Shown here: in pieces, positions 38,901 through 49,974 of the stretch
How the letters are laid out: each line of letters opens with the position of its first letter
Position numbering within the stretch: the stretch's first letter is position 1
Assembly (NCBI RefSeq): GCF_020745735.1
Contig: NC_083409.1
Location: 9,847,534-9,911,533 of the forward strand
Reading direction: 5' to 3'
Source of the DNA: Hemiscyllium ocellatum
Taxonomy: Eukaryota
Length of the DNA: 64,000 nt
Translations under genes and position numbers: made by a program
Notes under the pieces: generated by a model
Seen by the model: only the letters and a program-made list of their open reading frames with translations
The model's database searches: none
What the model was told of the DNA's origin: nothing

Positions 38901-39698
38901 ATTTCCAAAGCACACACGAGACAGAGACTGCATCTTCTTCATCTTTATTCACTTTTCCAGATTGACATTGACAGAAAACAGTCAGCAATTATCAGCCCAG
39001 ACAGAGGAAGCTGCACAAATTCACAGCCACAATGGAGCTTGAGGAAAACACTTGTGGAGATTTTCTCAATAACCTGAGAATCCTGTCCCTTTAAACAGTG
39101 ACTAAACCTTAAACTGGAACTGGTGGCTGAGCAGGAAGGAGATCTGGTTTACTGAAGCAGAGACTTCTGAGGTTCACATTGTTTTTACACAGCGGACAGT
39201 TTTCAATATCTTTGAAAGGTTATGCTTGTTATTACAACTCAACACTGTCCCCAACAAACAGTCTCCTGGACAGGGACAGAATAGTGTTAGATACAGAGTA
39301 AAGCTCTTTCCGTACTGTTCCCACCAAAGACACCCAGGACAGGGACACGATAAGAAACAGAATAAAGCTGTCTCCACACTGTCCTCGTCAAACACTCCCA
39401 GGACAGGGACAGCACTGGTTGGGAACAGAGTGAATCTCTCTCTATAGTGTCACGATAACCTGCCTTAACCCATGAACCTCAGAGTCTCCCAGAGGCCAGT
39501 CTCAAGAAGGAAGAGAGTTGAAATTCAGTGCTGACGATGACCTTTGTCCTGCCAGCTCAGCCCTGTTCTATTTAAAGTTGTGTCTCCTCTGTGGACTGTC
39601 TCCAACACTCTACACACATTCTGATCTCCTGATGCTCTTGCTGAGTGGGGAGGGGAGCGTCACGTGGGTGAGGGCACAGGAGAAGTGAGCATTGGACT
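38901..39698 (-). pseudogene. IGKC: 5'-truncated inverted C-kappa fragment with complete 3'UTR
   Basis: Reverse complement of 39610-39698 encodes SNAHFSCALTHVTLPSPLSKSIRRSECV* (5 differences in 89 nt from the intact C). 3'UTR homology to 27703-28278 continues past the AATAAA. Confidence 0.92.
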
Positions 39699-39870
39699 GG
39701 CAGAAGTATCAGTTTGAATATTTGTATCGTACACCTAACAAACCCAATGTATTTTTAAATTCCTTTTTGATTGTGGACACTGAAGTCCCCCACCCAGAGT
39801 ACATTCTGTGCCCTCATCACCCTCAGAGCTTCCGCTAATTGCTGTTCAACATGGAGGAGAGACTGACTTT

Positions 39871-40068
39871 CTGACAGAGCGGCATTCCCTCAGTACGAAC
39901 CCTCTGACAGTGTGGCACTGTCTCAGTACTGACCCATCATTAGTGCAACACTCCATCAGTACTGACCCTCCAATAGTGTGGCACTCCCTCAGTACTGTCC
40001 TTCTGACAGTGCTGCACTCCCTCAGTACTGACCCCCTGACAGTGCTGCACTCCCTCAGCGCTGCACTG
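39871..40068 (+). repeat. 33-bp tandem repeat, about 6 copies
   Basis: Unit approximately CTGACAGTGCTGCACTCCCTCAGTACTGACCCT. Confidence 0.85.
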
Positions 40069-41499
40069 CACTCTCAGCCTGGATAATTTGCTTCAGTGAT
40101 AGAATCACGTAATGATGGAATCTGTACAATGTTGAAGCAGGCCATTCGCCCCAATGTGTTCACACCAATCCTCCGAAGAACATTCCACCCAGATCCAAAC
40201 CACTGCACTATCCCTGTAACCCTGCATTTCCCAATGGCTCATCCACCCAGTCTGCAAAATTGTGAGTGTGAAGGGACAGTGCTCCCCACTGAGACCAGGC
40301 TGACACCTCCCGGTCCAATAGCCTGCCTTGCTTCCCAATCCCAGCCCACACTTGGAGGAATGAGCTATTCGAGATGTTTCCCAGCCAGAGATAGTGCCTT
40401 CAGGAGAGAGATGGAGAGTAGATGATAGGGGCAGGGGGCAGTGAGGTCTGTTGTCTTGAGGTGGGGTGTAGGACACATTGAAGCAGGCGATGGCCGGTGC
40501 TGAGCCCTTTCCTCGGAAGGAGTTTGTAAGTTGATGGGTGAAAGAGGGAGGGGCACTAGAGTAAATCCTTTGTTGCTGCTGAAACTCTTGCTGCCTGCTC
40601 AGTCACGTCCGAGAGACACACAGACACATCAGACACACAGGAGGCAGCTTTCTGTGGATGTTCTCCTGGGGCAGGTCTCATCAGTCATGGAGCTATGGTC
40701 AGTAACAGTGTAAGCTGTGCGGCCAAGAGGTGGGCACTGTGGAGTGTGGAGTGTTTTATTCCCCCCCCCCCCCCCCCCCCCCCCCGCCGACTCTACTTTG
40801 ATTCACTCCCTGCCCTCCCCTTCACTGTTTGATCACGAAGCATTGGCCTTTGCTGTGAAGGACACTGCTTGTCACTGGCCACTCGGGTATTTCCTTTCTT
40901 CCTGGAGGTGGAAAATGAATAAAGACTTCTGCACTTGTCATTTTTCACTGTGTCTCACACTTGCACACATACAGTGTGGGTGCTGGGGAAAAATTATGCA
41001 CCACCATTGTTAGGCAGCTGTGTGGGGTTATAGAAAAGAAAAAAAAATAAAAACTGTGCTGCCCTGAAAGCCTGAGTCTGCATCTCAGCTCGGAAGGATA
41101 TCAGCTAATTCATCAAAATTGGTCCTGCCCCTCCGCAGCTTAGTCAGGCTGCCTGTGCCTTTCCATCACTCCCAGGTTTTCCCTTGTGCCATAGCTCATT
41201 CTCCTGAGAGTTGACCATACTCAGGCCCAGCACATGGTCTTGTCCGACGGTCAGATCCTCTTCAAGAAACTCATGGCTCACCACTGCCCTCTCCTGGGCA
41301 ATTGGAGAAGGGTAATAAATAGCAGACAGGTCAATACATTCCCCATCCCAAGAGAAATCAAAATAAAGGATATAGAATTCAAATGATCAAACTGGTAGAA
41401 GATGGAGTGGATCCGTGATTAAATTTCACCTGATAATTGCTGTATTAAGTTCAAGGTGAACTTAAGGTGGTCTCTGCTGAATTCAGATCAGTTTTCATG

Positions 41500-43975
41500 G
41501 TTAACTTTCTCTCCAAACTGATCCTAATTTGAGTGTTGCTGAAAAACAAAACATTTTCTTGGAGCTTTTTGTCTTGCATGCATCAGGACAATTTGCAAGA
41601 AATGCCACAGCAAAGGGAAACAATATTTAAACTGGTGTGTTCATCGTGACAACATCTCAGTCTGTCAGCACTTTCCTCTCATGCAATATAAATGTTGTTT
41701 TTTTCTCTTTCGATTGGATTTTTGCAATTGCCCTGATGAGGGAAAAACAAAAAGCTTCCACAATATTCTCAAATAATTATTTGATCGTAATTTACTCTTT
41801 TGCTTCAGACCTGTTCAATTTCCAAGGAGTAATTCTGTCCCATTTTGAATGGAGGTCTCAGTTCATCAGCATTCACTAAATTCCAATCTCTGCATCAAAA
41901 TATTTTTCCTGACCTCCTTCCTGTACCTGGTGTTTGACTACAGACTGTGTCATCACAGCGCCTGAGACCCGGGTTCAATTCCCGACTCAGGCGACTGACT
42001 GTGTGGAGTTTGCACGTTCTCCCCGTGTCTGCGTGGGTTTCCTCCGGGTGCTCCGGTTTCCTCCCACAGTCCAAAGATGTGCGGGTCAGGTGAGTTGGCC
42101 ATGCTAAATTGCCCGTAGTGTTAGGTAGGGGTCTGGGTGGGTTGCGCTTCAGAGGGTCGGTGTGGACTTGTTGGGCCGAAGGGCCTGTTTCCACACTGTA
42201 AGTCTAATCTAATCTAATCTAATCTAATTTTGCCTTTCAGTTTGCCATCATTGACAGAAAATCTACATTTACTGTGTTGATTTCATTAAGGAATTTTGAA
42301 TATCAGAATTCCCTCCCTCCCCCCTCGAGATCCTGTTCTGGTGTTTCCTTGTAACCTAGATCCCCTATCCCTGGACCATTCTGCATTGCACCTCATAGAA
42401 ACCCCTAACTGTCCACCATATCCCAGATGTGACCTAACCATTCTTCAGTACAGCTGTCCTGGCCACTCTCCCCTCCATCTCCTCACTCTCAATATTCATT
42501 CCAAAATCCCAGTGGAATTTCCCATGTCTTATTCTGAAAATTTTCCCAATTTTAAGCATTTATGTCACTGGCCATCCTTTCTTACCCACTGCAGTACATT
42601 GTTTACAATATGAGCTGCACTTCAGCATTTATTGTTCTGAGTCATTACAAGCAGGAAAGCTTCTTGCCAACTCTCAGTAGAGAAACTCAGTTAATCCCAT
42701 TGCCCTGCTCTATCCCAATCGCTTTAATTGTATTTCTGGTGTATTCAACAACATCTGCATTACAGTCTTACACCCACTAATGGCTTTCTGTCATCTCTTG
42801 CGTTCTTCCTGATTATCTTTTTTTGCAGTTTAGTGATATTGTCTTTGTACCCGTTTGTTAGACCTTTGCAATTCATATTGTGCCTGATCCCAGTGCCAGT
42901 CGTTGGGGCACTCCACCTTGTAATCTGAAAAAAGCAAGCTCCAGTCTTTCAAAGAGATTAATTCAAGCCTCCCCCAGGTTATTATTTGAATTGTCCCTCA
43001 TTTATTTTGATTTCTCCTGGGATGGGGCAAGCGTTGATGTGTCTGCTATTGTTTGCCCTTCCCTAATTGTCCTGGAGAGGGCGGTGGTGAGCAATTTAAT
43101 ATCTGGGAAGGACGGCGCTGGCATGTGTCCAAGTAAAAACCATGAAACTCAATGTCATTTTATGTATGTTCTTTAGGCAAGGGAATCCAGTCATCACCCA
43201 GACTGTGACTCCAGTCCCACAGTGATATGACTCATTCTTCACGGCCCCATGATCTGGCTCAGCAAAGAACTCAGTCTGAACTGCTGGAGATGGGCAATAA
43301 ATATGAGGCTTGCCAATGACATTAACACCCTGAGAAGGAATAATGCTGCTCTTTGCTGTCTGCCTTTTATCCTCTGAGCCACCACACTCTCGCTGGTAAG
43401 GGTCTCTAATCCTCTCACATTAATATATTAAATGATGGCAATATGTGAAGAGCTTTTATTTTGAATTGTCAGTTCTCTTTTCCCATGCCTCTCTCCTCTT
43501 CAGGGGGAGGGAGGAAAAACAGCTTTTGTACTAGGATACTTATCACAGCCCAATGAAAATGTCTCCTGTGATATGATTATCTTCACAGTGTGCTGTTTTG
43601 TTCATTCTGTGATACACGTAGACAATATCAGTATTGAGAGGGACAAAGTATATTTCCTTCTCTAACCCCTTTCCAACACACTCTCTCCATCTTGCTTTAC
43701 TCCTTATTGACTCTTCTACAATTGTCCCTGTTCCCTCACTCCGTCCCGGTCCCAGAGGGATTGATGGCCGGAGTTCATGACCCCGCACTGTGTGAAGTTT
43801 GGTGTGAAGTGAGGCCAGTGTGTTGGAGCTTGGGCTCCTGCCTCAGGCCCAGGTGTAGGGGCCTGTTCGACAATCTGCACATTGTCCTTTTTCTCTTTCT
43901 GAATGAACTGAATCAAGTTGCAGTAAGGATCTGGCAACAAGGTGTCTTGTCTAAAATGTTCCCAGCATTGGATAC
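41500..43975 (-). repeat. Right arm of the inverted duplication (partner 33140-36215), with a later SINE insertion
   Basis: Same collinear matches as the left arm. The SINE at 41951-42228 is absent from the left arm. Confidence 0.85.
41951..42228 (+). mobile_element. HE1-type SINE (5' truncated)
   Basis: B-box GGGTTCAATTCCC and a (CTAAT)n tail. Confidence 0.85.
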
Positions 43976-45060
43976 AGAATTGGCTGTGTTGGAGGAGACA
44001 GAGGGCAGTGATGGGAGGATGGTTTTCAGAATGGAGGGCTAGTGGTGTTTTACAGGGTTCAGTGGTGGGAACTCTGCTGTTCATGGTCTGCATAAATGAT
44101 TTGGAGGAGGGTGTAGCTGGTCTAATTAAAAAGTTAACCGTTGATACAAAGATTGGTAGAGTTACAGATAATGAGAAGGATTGTCAGAGGATACAGCAGG
44201 ATATAGATCAGTTGCATGCATGGACAGAAAAATGGCAGATGTAGTTTAATCCAGACAGATGTAAGGTGATGCATTTTGAAAGGTGATGTATAGGTGGGAA
44301 TTATACAGTGAATGGCAGAATCCTTTGGGGTATTGATATGCAGAGGGATCTGGGTGTATATGTTCACAGATCACTGAAGGTGGCAGCACAGGGAGGTAAG
44401 GCAGAAAAAAGGCTTATGGCCTGCTTGCCTTCATTGGAAGGGGCATTGAGTATAAGGATAGACAAGTCATGCTGCAGCTTATCGAACATTAGTTAGGCCA
44501 CACTTGGAATATTGTATACAGTTCTGGTCACCACACTACCAGAAGGATGTGGATGTTTTGAAGACGATGCAGAAAATGTTTACCAGGATATTGTCTGGTA
44601 TGGGGGGGATTTTAGTTCTGAAGAAAGGCTGGAGAGACTGGGTTTGTTTTCACCAGAATGAGGGAAAATGAGGTGTGACCTGATAGAAGCTTATTAAGTT
44701 TTGAATGGCATAGGTAGAGTGGATAATATGAAGCTTTTTCCCAGGATGGAGGGGTCACTTACTCCGGGACATAGGTTCAAGGTGCGGGGGGAGGAGGGAA
44801 TTTAAAAGAGATGTGCGAGGCAAGTATTTCACACAAATGAAGTTGAGTACCTGGAACACACTGCCAGAGGAGGTGGTGGAAGCAGACACAATAGAAGTAT
44901 TCAAGAAATACCTGCACTAATGCATGAATAGAAAGGGAATAGAGGGATATGAATCCTGTAGGTGAATACAGTTTCAGTGAGGAAGGGCAAAATGTGTCAG
45001 CAGAGGCTGGGCGGGCCGAAGGGCCTGTTCCTGTGCTGTATTGTGCCTTGTTCTTTGATC
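43920..45060 (+). mobile_element. CR1 LINE 3' fragment
   Basis: SGVLQGSVVGTLLFMVCINDL...DTKIG, followed by a CR1 tail. Confidence 0.85.
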
Positions 45061-45274
45061 CCTGCTGTTGAATTGGATTCTCGGGAGCCAGCTCCGTATG
45101 AAGAGCCTGTTCTCATTCTTTTGTTGGAGTTCATGGGGCAGCTGCTGCTTCCTTGCTACGTCACTGATCAAACCAACAATATGGAAAGCCTCTTGATTTT
45201 CAAAGCTTGGGAGAAGATTTGTAGCTCGGGTGCTCGTTGTTGTGGTTCTGTTTGCTGAGCTGGGATTTTGTGTT

Positions 45275-45314
45275 GCAGACGTTTCGCCCCCTATCGCGGA
45301 GTCATCATCAGTGC
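45275..45314 (-). ncRNA. Minimal type I hammerhead ribozyme motif (inverted copy)
   Basis: The - strand reads GCA-CTGATGA-T-GACTCCGCGATAGGGGGC-GAAAC-GTC-TGC. Confidence 0.7.
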
Positions 45315-45941
45315 TTGGGAGCCTCCTGTGAAGCGCTTCTGTGATGTTTCCTGCAGCATTTATTGTGGTTTTAATCTGCTGCTTCCGGTTGTCAGTTCCA
45401 GCTGTCCGTTGCAGTGGCTGGTATATTGAGTCCAGGTCGATGAGCTTATGGGTTGAATCTGTGGATGAGTGCCATGCCTCAAGGAATTCCCTGGCTGTTC
45501 TCTATTTGGCTTGTCCTATAATAGTAGTGTTGTCCCAGTCAAAATAATGTTGCTTGTCATCTGCGTGTGTGGCTCCTAAGAATAGCTGGTCCTACTACAT
45601 AGGACAAACAGGAAGACAGCTAACGATCCGCATCCATGAACACCAACTAGCCACGAAACGACACGACCAGCTATCCTTCGTAGCCGCACATGCAGATGAC
45701 AAGCAACATGAATTCGACTGGGACAACACTACTATTATAGGACAAGCCAAACAGAGAACAGCCAGGGAATTCCTAGAGGCATGGCACTCATCCACAGATT
45801 CAATCAATAAGCACATCGACCTGGACCCAATATACCGACAACTGCAGTGGACAGCTGGAACTGACAACCGGAAGCGGCAGATTCAAACTACTACAAATGC
45901 CAGAGGAAACATCACAGAAGCGCTTCACAGGAGGTTCCCAA

Positions 45942-45980
45942 GCACTGAGGATGTCACCTAGACAGGGACGAAACGTCTGC
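45942..45980 (+). ncRNA. Minimal type I hammerhead ribozyme motif in a PLE terminus
   Basis: GCA-CTGAGGA-T-GTCACCTAGACAGGGAC-GAAAC-GTC-TGC: stem I GCA/TGC, intact core, palindromic ACGT stem III, GUC cleavage triplet. Confidence 0.75.
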
Positions 45981-46620
45981 AACACAAATTCCCAGAACAG
46001 AATCGGCGAACAGAAGCACAACAGCCTCTTGATATTTTAAATACACTGTCTGCAAGAAAATGCTTGGCAGAGGTTTTAACATTGTTTAATAAGACAAAGA
46101 TGTAAATACACCAGTTTGTTTACAGCTATGAGCGTTTAACATCATGGTCCTTGTTTTAATGTACCCTCCCTCATGGCAATACATTTTACAATGTTTCTCT
46201 CCCCTTACATGTTGTGAAGAGGTTTGCAAACGTGTTTTGATGAGGACAGTGAATCTTCAACACCGTTTGGTGGAGTGGGTGTCTGTTTGAATTCTCACTT
46301 GTGATAATACAGTTTTAAATGCGTCAGGGTTACTTTCCCCGCTGTCTGGGGGTGTCGCTGTCACTAACCCCACTCCACCCTTCCCTCTTGGGGTAATACT
46401 ATTTTTCACATCATTTTGGACACATTTGGAGGGGAGCGACTTACCAGGGCCATTCAGTGGGGTGCAGGTCTCTGGCACAGTGTCTGACCCTGTTACACAG
46501 AAGGAAAGGAGACAAAGGAGGAGAGCGTTAGTCATTGGGGACTCAATAGTTCGAAGGTCAGATAGAACGTTTGTTGGGGATGAATGAGACTCATGTTTGG
46601 CGTGTTGGACCCAGGTGCCA

Positions 46621-48030
46621 AGGCTGAAAATGTGTTGCTGGAAAGGCGCAGCAGGTCAGGCAGCATTCAAGAAGCAGGAGAATCGCTGTTTCGGGCAAGA
46701 GCCCTACTTCGGGAATGAGGAAAGTGTGTCAAGCAGGCTAAGATAAAAGGTAAGGAGGGACTTTGGGGAGGGGCGTTTGGAAACGCAATAGGTGGAAGGA
46801 GGTTAAGGTGAGGGTGATAGGCCAGAGTAGGGGTGAGGGCGGAGAAGTCAGGAAGAAGATTGCAGGATAGGAAGGCGGTACTGAGTTCGAGGGTTGGGAC
46901 TGAGACAAGGTGGGGGGAGGGGAAATGAGGAAACTGGAGAAGGAGGCCATCTGGATTGAACGGTATTCCTTCTTCAAAGACCGCAATTTCCTGCCAGACG
47001 TGATCGACGATGTTCTCCACTGGATGTCCTCCACTTCCCGCTCCTCCGGGCTTGAGCCCCGCCCCTCCAATCACACAGGACAGAACCCCACTGGTCCTCA
47101 CCTACCAACCCACCAACCTCCGTATACAGCGTATCATCTGCCGTCATTTCCGCCACCTCCAAATGGACCCCACTACCAGGGATACATTTCCCTCCCCTCC
47201 TCTCCCCTTCAGCATTCCAAAAAGACCACTCCCTCCGTGACTCCCTCGTCAGGTCCACACCCCCCACCAACCCAACCGCCACTCCCGGCACCTTCCCCTG
47301 CAACCGCAAGAAATGCAAAACTTGCACCAACACCTCCCCCCTTACTTCCCTCCAAGGCCCCAAGGGATCCTTCCATATCCTCCACAAATTCACCTGCACC
47401 TCCACACACATCATTTACTGTGTCCGCTGCACCCGATGAGGCCTCCTCTATATTGGGGAGACAGGCCACCTACTTGCGGAACGTTTCAGAGAACACCTCT
47501 GGGACACCCAGACCAACCAACCCAACCACCCCGTGGCTCAACACTTCAACTCCCCCTCCCACTCCACCAAGGACATCTAGGTCCTTGGACTCCTCCATCG
47601 CCAGACCATAGCAACACGACGGCTGGAGGAAGAGTACCTCATCCTCTGCCTAGGAACCCTCCAACCACAAGGGATGAACTCAGATTTCTCCAGTTTCCTC
47701 ATTTCCCCTGCCCCCACTTTGTCTCAGACCCAACCCTCGAACTCAGCACCACCTTCCTAACCTGCAATCTTCTTCCTGACCTCTCTGCCCCCATCCCTAC
47801 TCTGGCCTATCACCCTCACCTTAACCTCCTTCCACCTATCGCGTTTCCAATGCCCCTCCCCCAACTCCCTCCTCCCTACCTTTTATCTTAGCCTGCTTGG
47901 CACACTTTCCTCATTCCTGAAGAAGGGCTTATGCCTGAAATGTCGATTCTCCTGCTCCGTGGATGCTGCCTGACCTGCTGCGCTTTTCCAGCAACACATT
48001 CTCCAGCATCTGCAGTCCTCACTTTCTCCT
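46621..48030 (+). mobile_element. Penelope-like element (Neptune-type linker and GIY-YIG) with an inverted pLTR copy
   Basis: RTPLVLTYQPTNLRIQRII, Cys-rich linker (PCNRKKCKTC), IIYCVRC...YIGETG GIY-YIG motif. 46621-46930 is the reverse complement of about 47690-48030. 10-bp TSD CCAGGTGCCA (46611-46620, 48031-48040). Confidence 0.88.
47913..47948 (+). ncRNA. Minimal hammerhead motif in the Neptune-type PLE pLTR
   Basis: ATTC-CTGAAGA-A-GGGCTTATGCCT-GAAAT-GTC-GATT. Confidence 0.6.
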
Positions 48031-49661
48031 CCAGGTGCCAGGGTCCATGATGTTTTGGATCTTGTCTTTGGGGTCCTGAAGGGAGAGCGTGACCAGACTC
48101 AAGTCGTGATCCAACGACATAGGTAGAAAGAGGGATTGGGATGTAAAGCATGATTTCAGGGAGCTAGGGTGGAAGCTGAGAGCTATACAAAAGAGTTGTT
48201 ATCTCTGGTTTGTTACCTGTGCCACGTTATAGCAAGGCAAGGAATAGGGAGAGAGATCAGCGGAATGTGTGGCTGCAGGGATGGTGCAGGAGAGAGGGTT
48301 TCAGGTGTATGAATAATTGGGGCACATTCTGGGGAAGGTAGGACCTCTACAAACAGGATGGTCTTCACTTGAACCAGAAGGGTACTAATATCTTGGGTGG
48401 GAAATTTGCTGGTACTATTCTGGTGGGTTTAAACTACCACAGCAGGTGGATGGGAACCTGAGGTGTCATTCCAGTGCACGGGAGAATGAGAGAAGTGAGG
48501 GCATGGACAGGATTTCACGGTCACAGGAATGTGCTGGCAGACAACGAAGTGATTTGAAATGTGTCTACTTCAACGCTAGAAGTATCTGAAATAAGGTAGG
48601 TGAGCTTGCAGCATGGATAGGTACCTGGGATTTCAAGGTTGTGGCCATTTCGGAGACATGGATAGAGCAGAGTCAGGAATGGATGTTGCAGGTTCCAGGT
48701 TTTTGATCTTTCATTAAGAACAGGGAAAAAAGTAAAAGAGGGGAAGGTGTGACCTTGTTAGTCAAGGACGGTATAACGTTGGCTGAAAGAATTTTTGACA
48801 AGGACTCATCTACTGAGGTGGTATGGGCTGAGGTAAGAAACAGGATGAGAAGGCACACTGCTGGTAGTTTTTTCCAGGCCTCCACAGAGTTCCAGCGATG
48901 TGGAGGAGAGAATCGACAAAATAATTCTGGGTAAGAGCAAAAGGAACAGAGTGCTCATTATGGGGGACTTTAATGTCCCCAACATTGACTGGAAATGCAA
49001 GAACTCTAATATATCAGATGGATCAGTTTCTGTCCAAATTGTACAGGAGGGTTTCCTGACACAGTATGTCGAAGGGCCGACAAAAAGAGAGGCCACAGTG
49101 GGTCTGGTGCTTGATAATGAACCAGGCCTGGTGTTTGATTTATTGGTAGGAAGACACTTTGGTGAGAGTGACCATAATTCAGTTCCATTTAGTTTAGTGA
49201 TGGAAACGGATAGGTACATGCCACAGGGCATCAGTTATAGATGGGGGAAGGGTAATTATAATGCGATTAAGCAAGACTTAGGCTACAAAGAATGGGGTAG
49301 CAAGATGCAGGGGATGGGGACAATCAAAATGTGGAGCTAGTTTAAGGAATAGATATTGCGTATCCTTGATAGGTATGTCCCTGTGTGGCAGGGGGAACTG
49401 ATAAGGTAAGGGATCCGTGATTTACTAAAGACATTGCATCTCTTGTTAAGTGGAAGAAGGAGGCTTCTGTGACAATGAGATGAGATGATTCAGATGAGGT
49501 GATGGAGAGTTACAGATTAGCTAGGAATGAGTTAAAGAGAGAATTAAGAAGAGCAAAGAAAGGACATGAACAGTCTTTAGCAGGTAGAATAAAGGAGAAC
49601 CCGAAAGCTTTCTATAGACATGTGAAGAATAAAAGGATGATTAGGGTAGGAATACGCAAAA

Positions 49662-49974
49662 GTGATTAGATTAGACTTACAGTGTGGAAACAGGCCCTTC
49701 GGCCCAACAAGTCCACACCGACCCGCCGAAGCGCAACTCACCCATACCCCTACATTACCCCTTACCTAACACTATGGGCAATTTAGCATGGCCAATTCAC
49801 CTGACCCGCACATCTTTGTGACTGTGGGAGGAAACCGGAGCACCCGGAGGAAACCCACGCAGACACGGGGAGAACGTGCAAACTCCACACAGTCAGTCGC
49901 CTGAGTCGGGAATTGAACGCGGGTCTACAGGCGCTGTGAGGCAGCAGTGCTAACCACTGTGCCACCGTGCCGCC
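49662..49974 (-). mobile_element. HE1-type SINE adjoining a PLE hairpin (about 49997-50209)
   Basis: Full SINE on the - strand. The SINE and hairpin together are flanked by TAGGGTAGGAATA at 49642-49654 and 50210-50222. Confidence 0.85.

Larger units (their letters stand above)
45190..46025 (+). mobile_element. Penelope-like element terminus (GIY-YIG) forming an about 360-bp inverted repeat
   Basis: ORF 45554-45961 YIGQTGRQLTIRIHEH...REFLEAWHS. About 45235-45597 is the reverse complement of about 45664-46025. Confidence 0.88.

Noticed and set aside
28722-40068. Short tandem arrays (43-bp and 33-bp) as CRISPR-like arrays
   Set aside because: Head-to-tail repeats without unique spacers in a vertebrate genome, so ordinary minisatellites.
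15903-43792. Several CACAGTG/CACTGTG heptamers (15903, 16088, about 33325, 34611, about 40735, 40946, 43786) as RSS or a kappa-deleting element
   Set aside because: None has an ACAAAAACC-like nonamer at 12 or 23 bp, and their number is about what chance predicts.
46257-46535. - strand ORF starting with a convincing signal peptide (MTNALLLCLLSFCVTG), resembling an Ig leader
   Set aside because: It is the antisense of CR1 ORF1 (+ strand ...VIGDSIV...), which continues after the PLE insertion. There is no phase-1 donor and no V exon downstream.
46910-47891. Long Pro-rich ORFs (233 aa, 192 aa)
   Set aside because: Off-frame readings of the C-rich Penelope element. The true PLE frame is broken.
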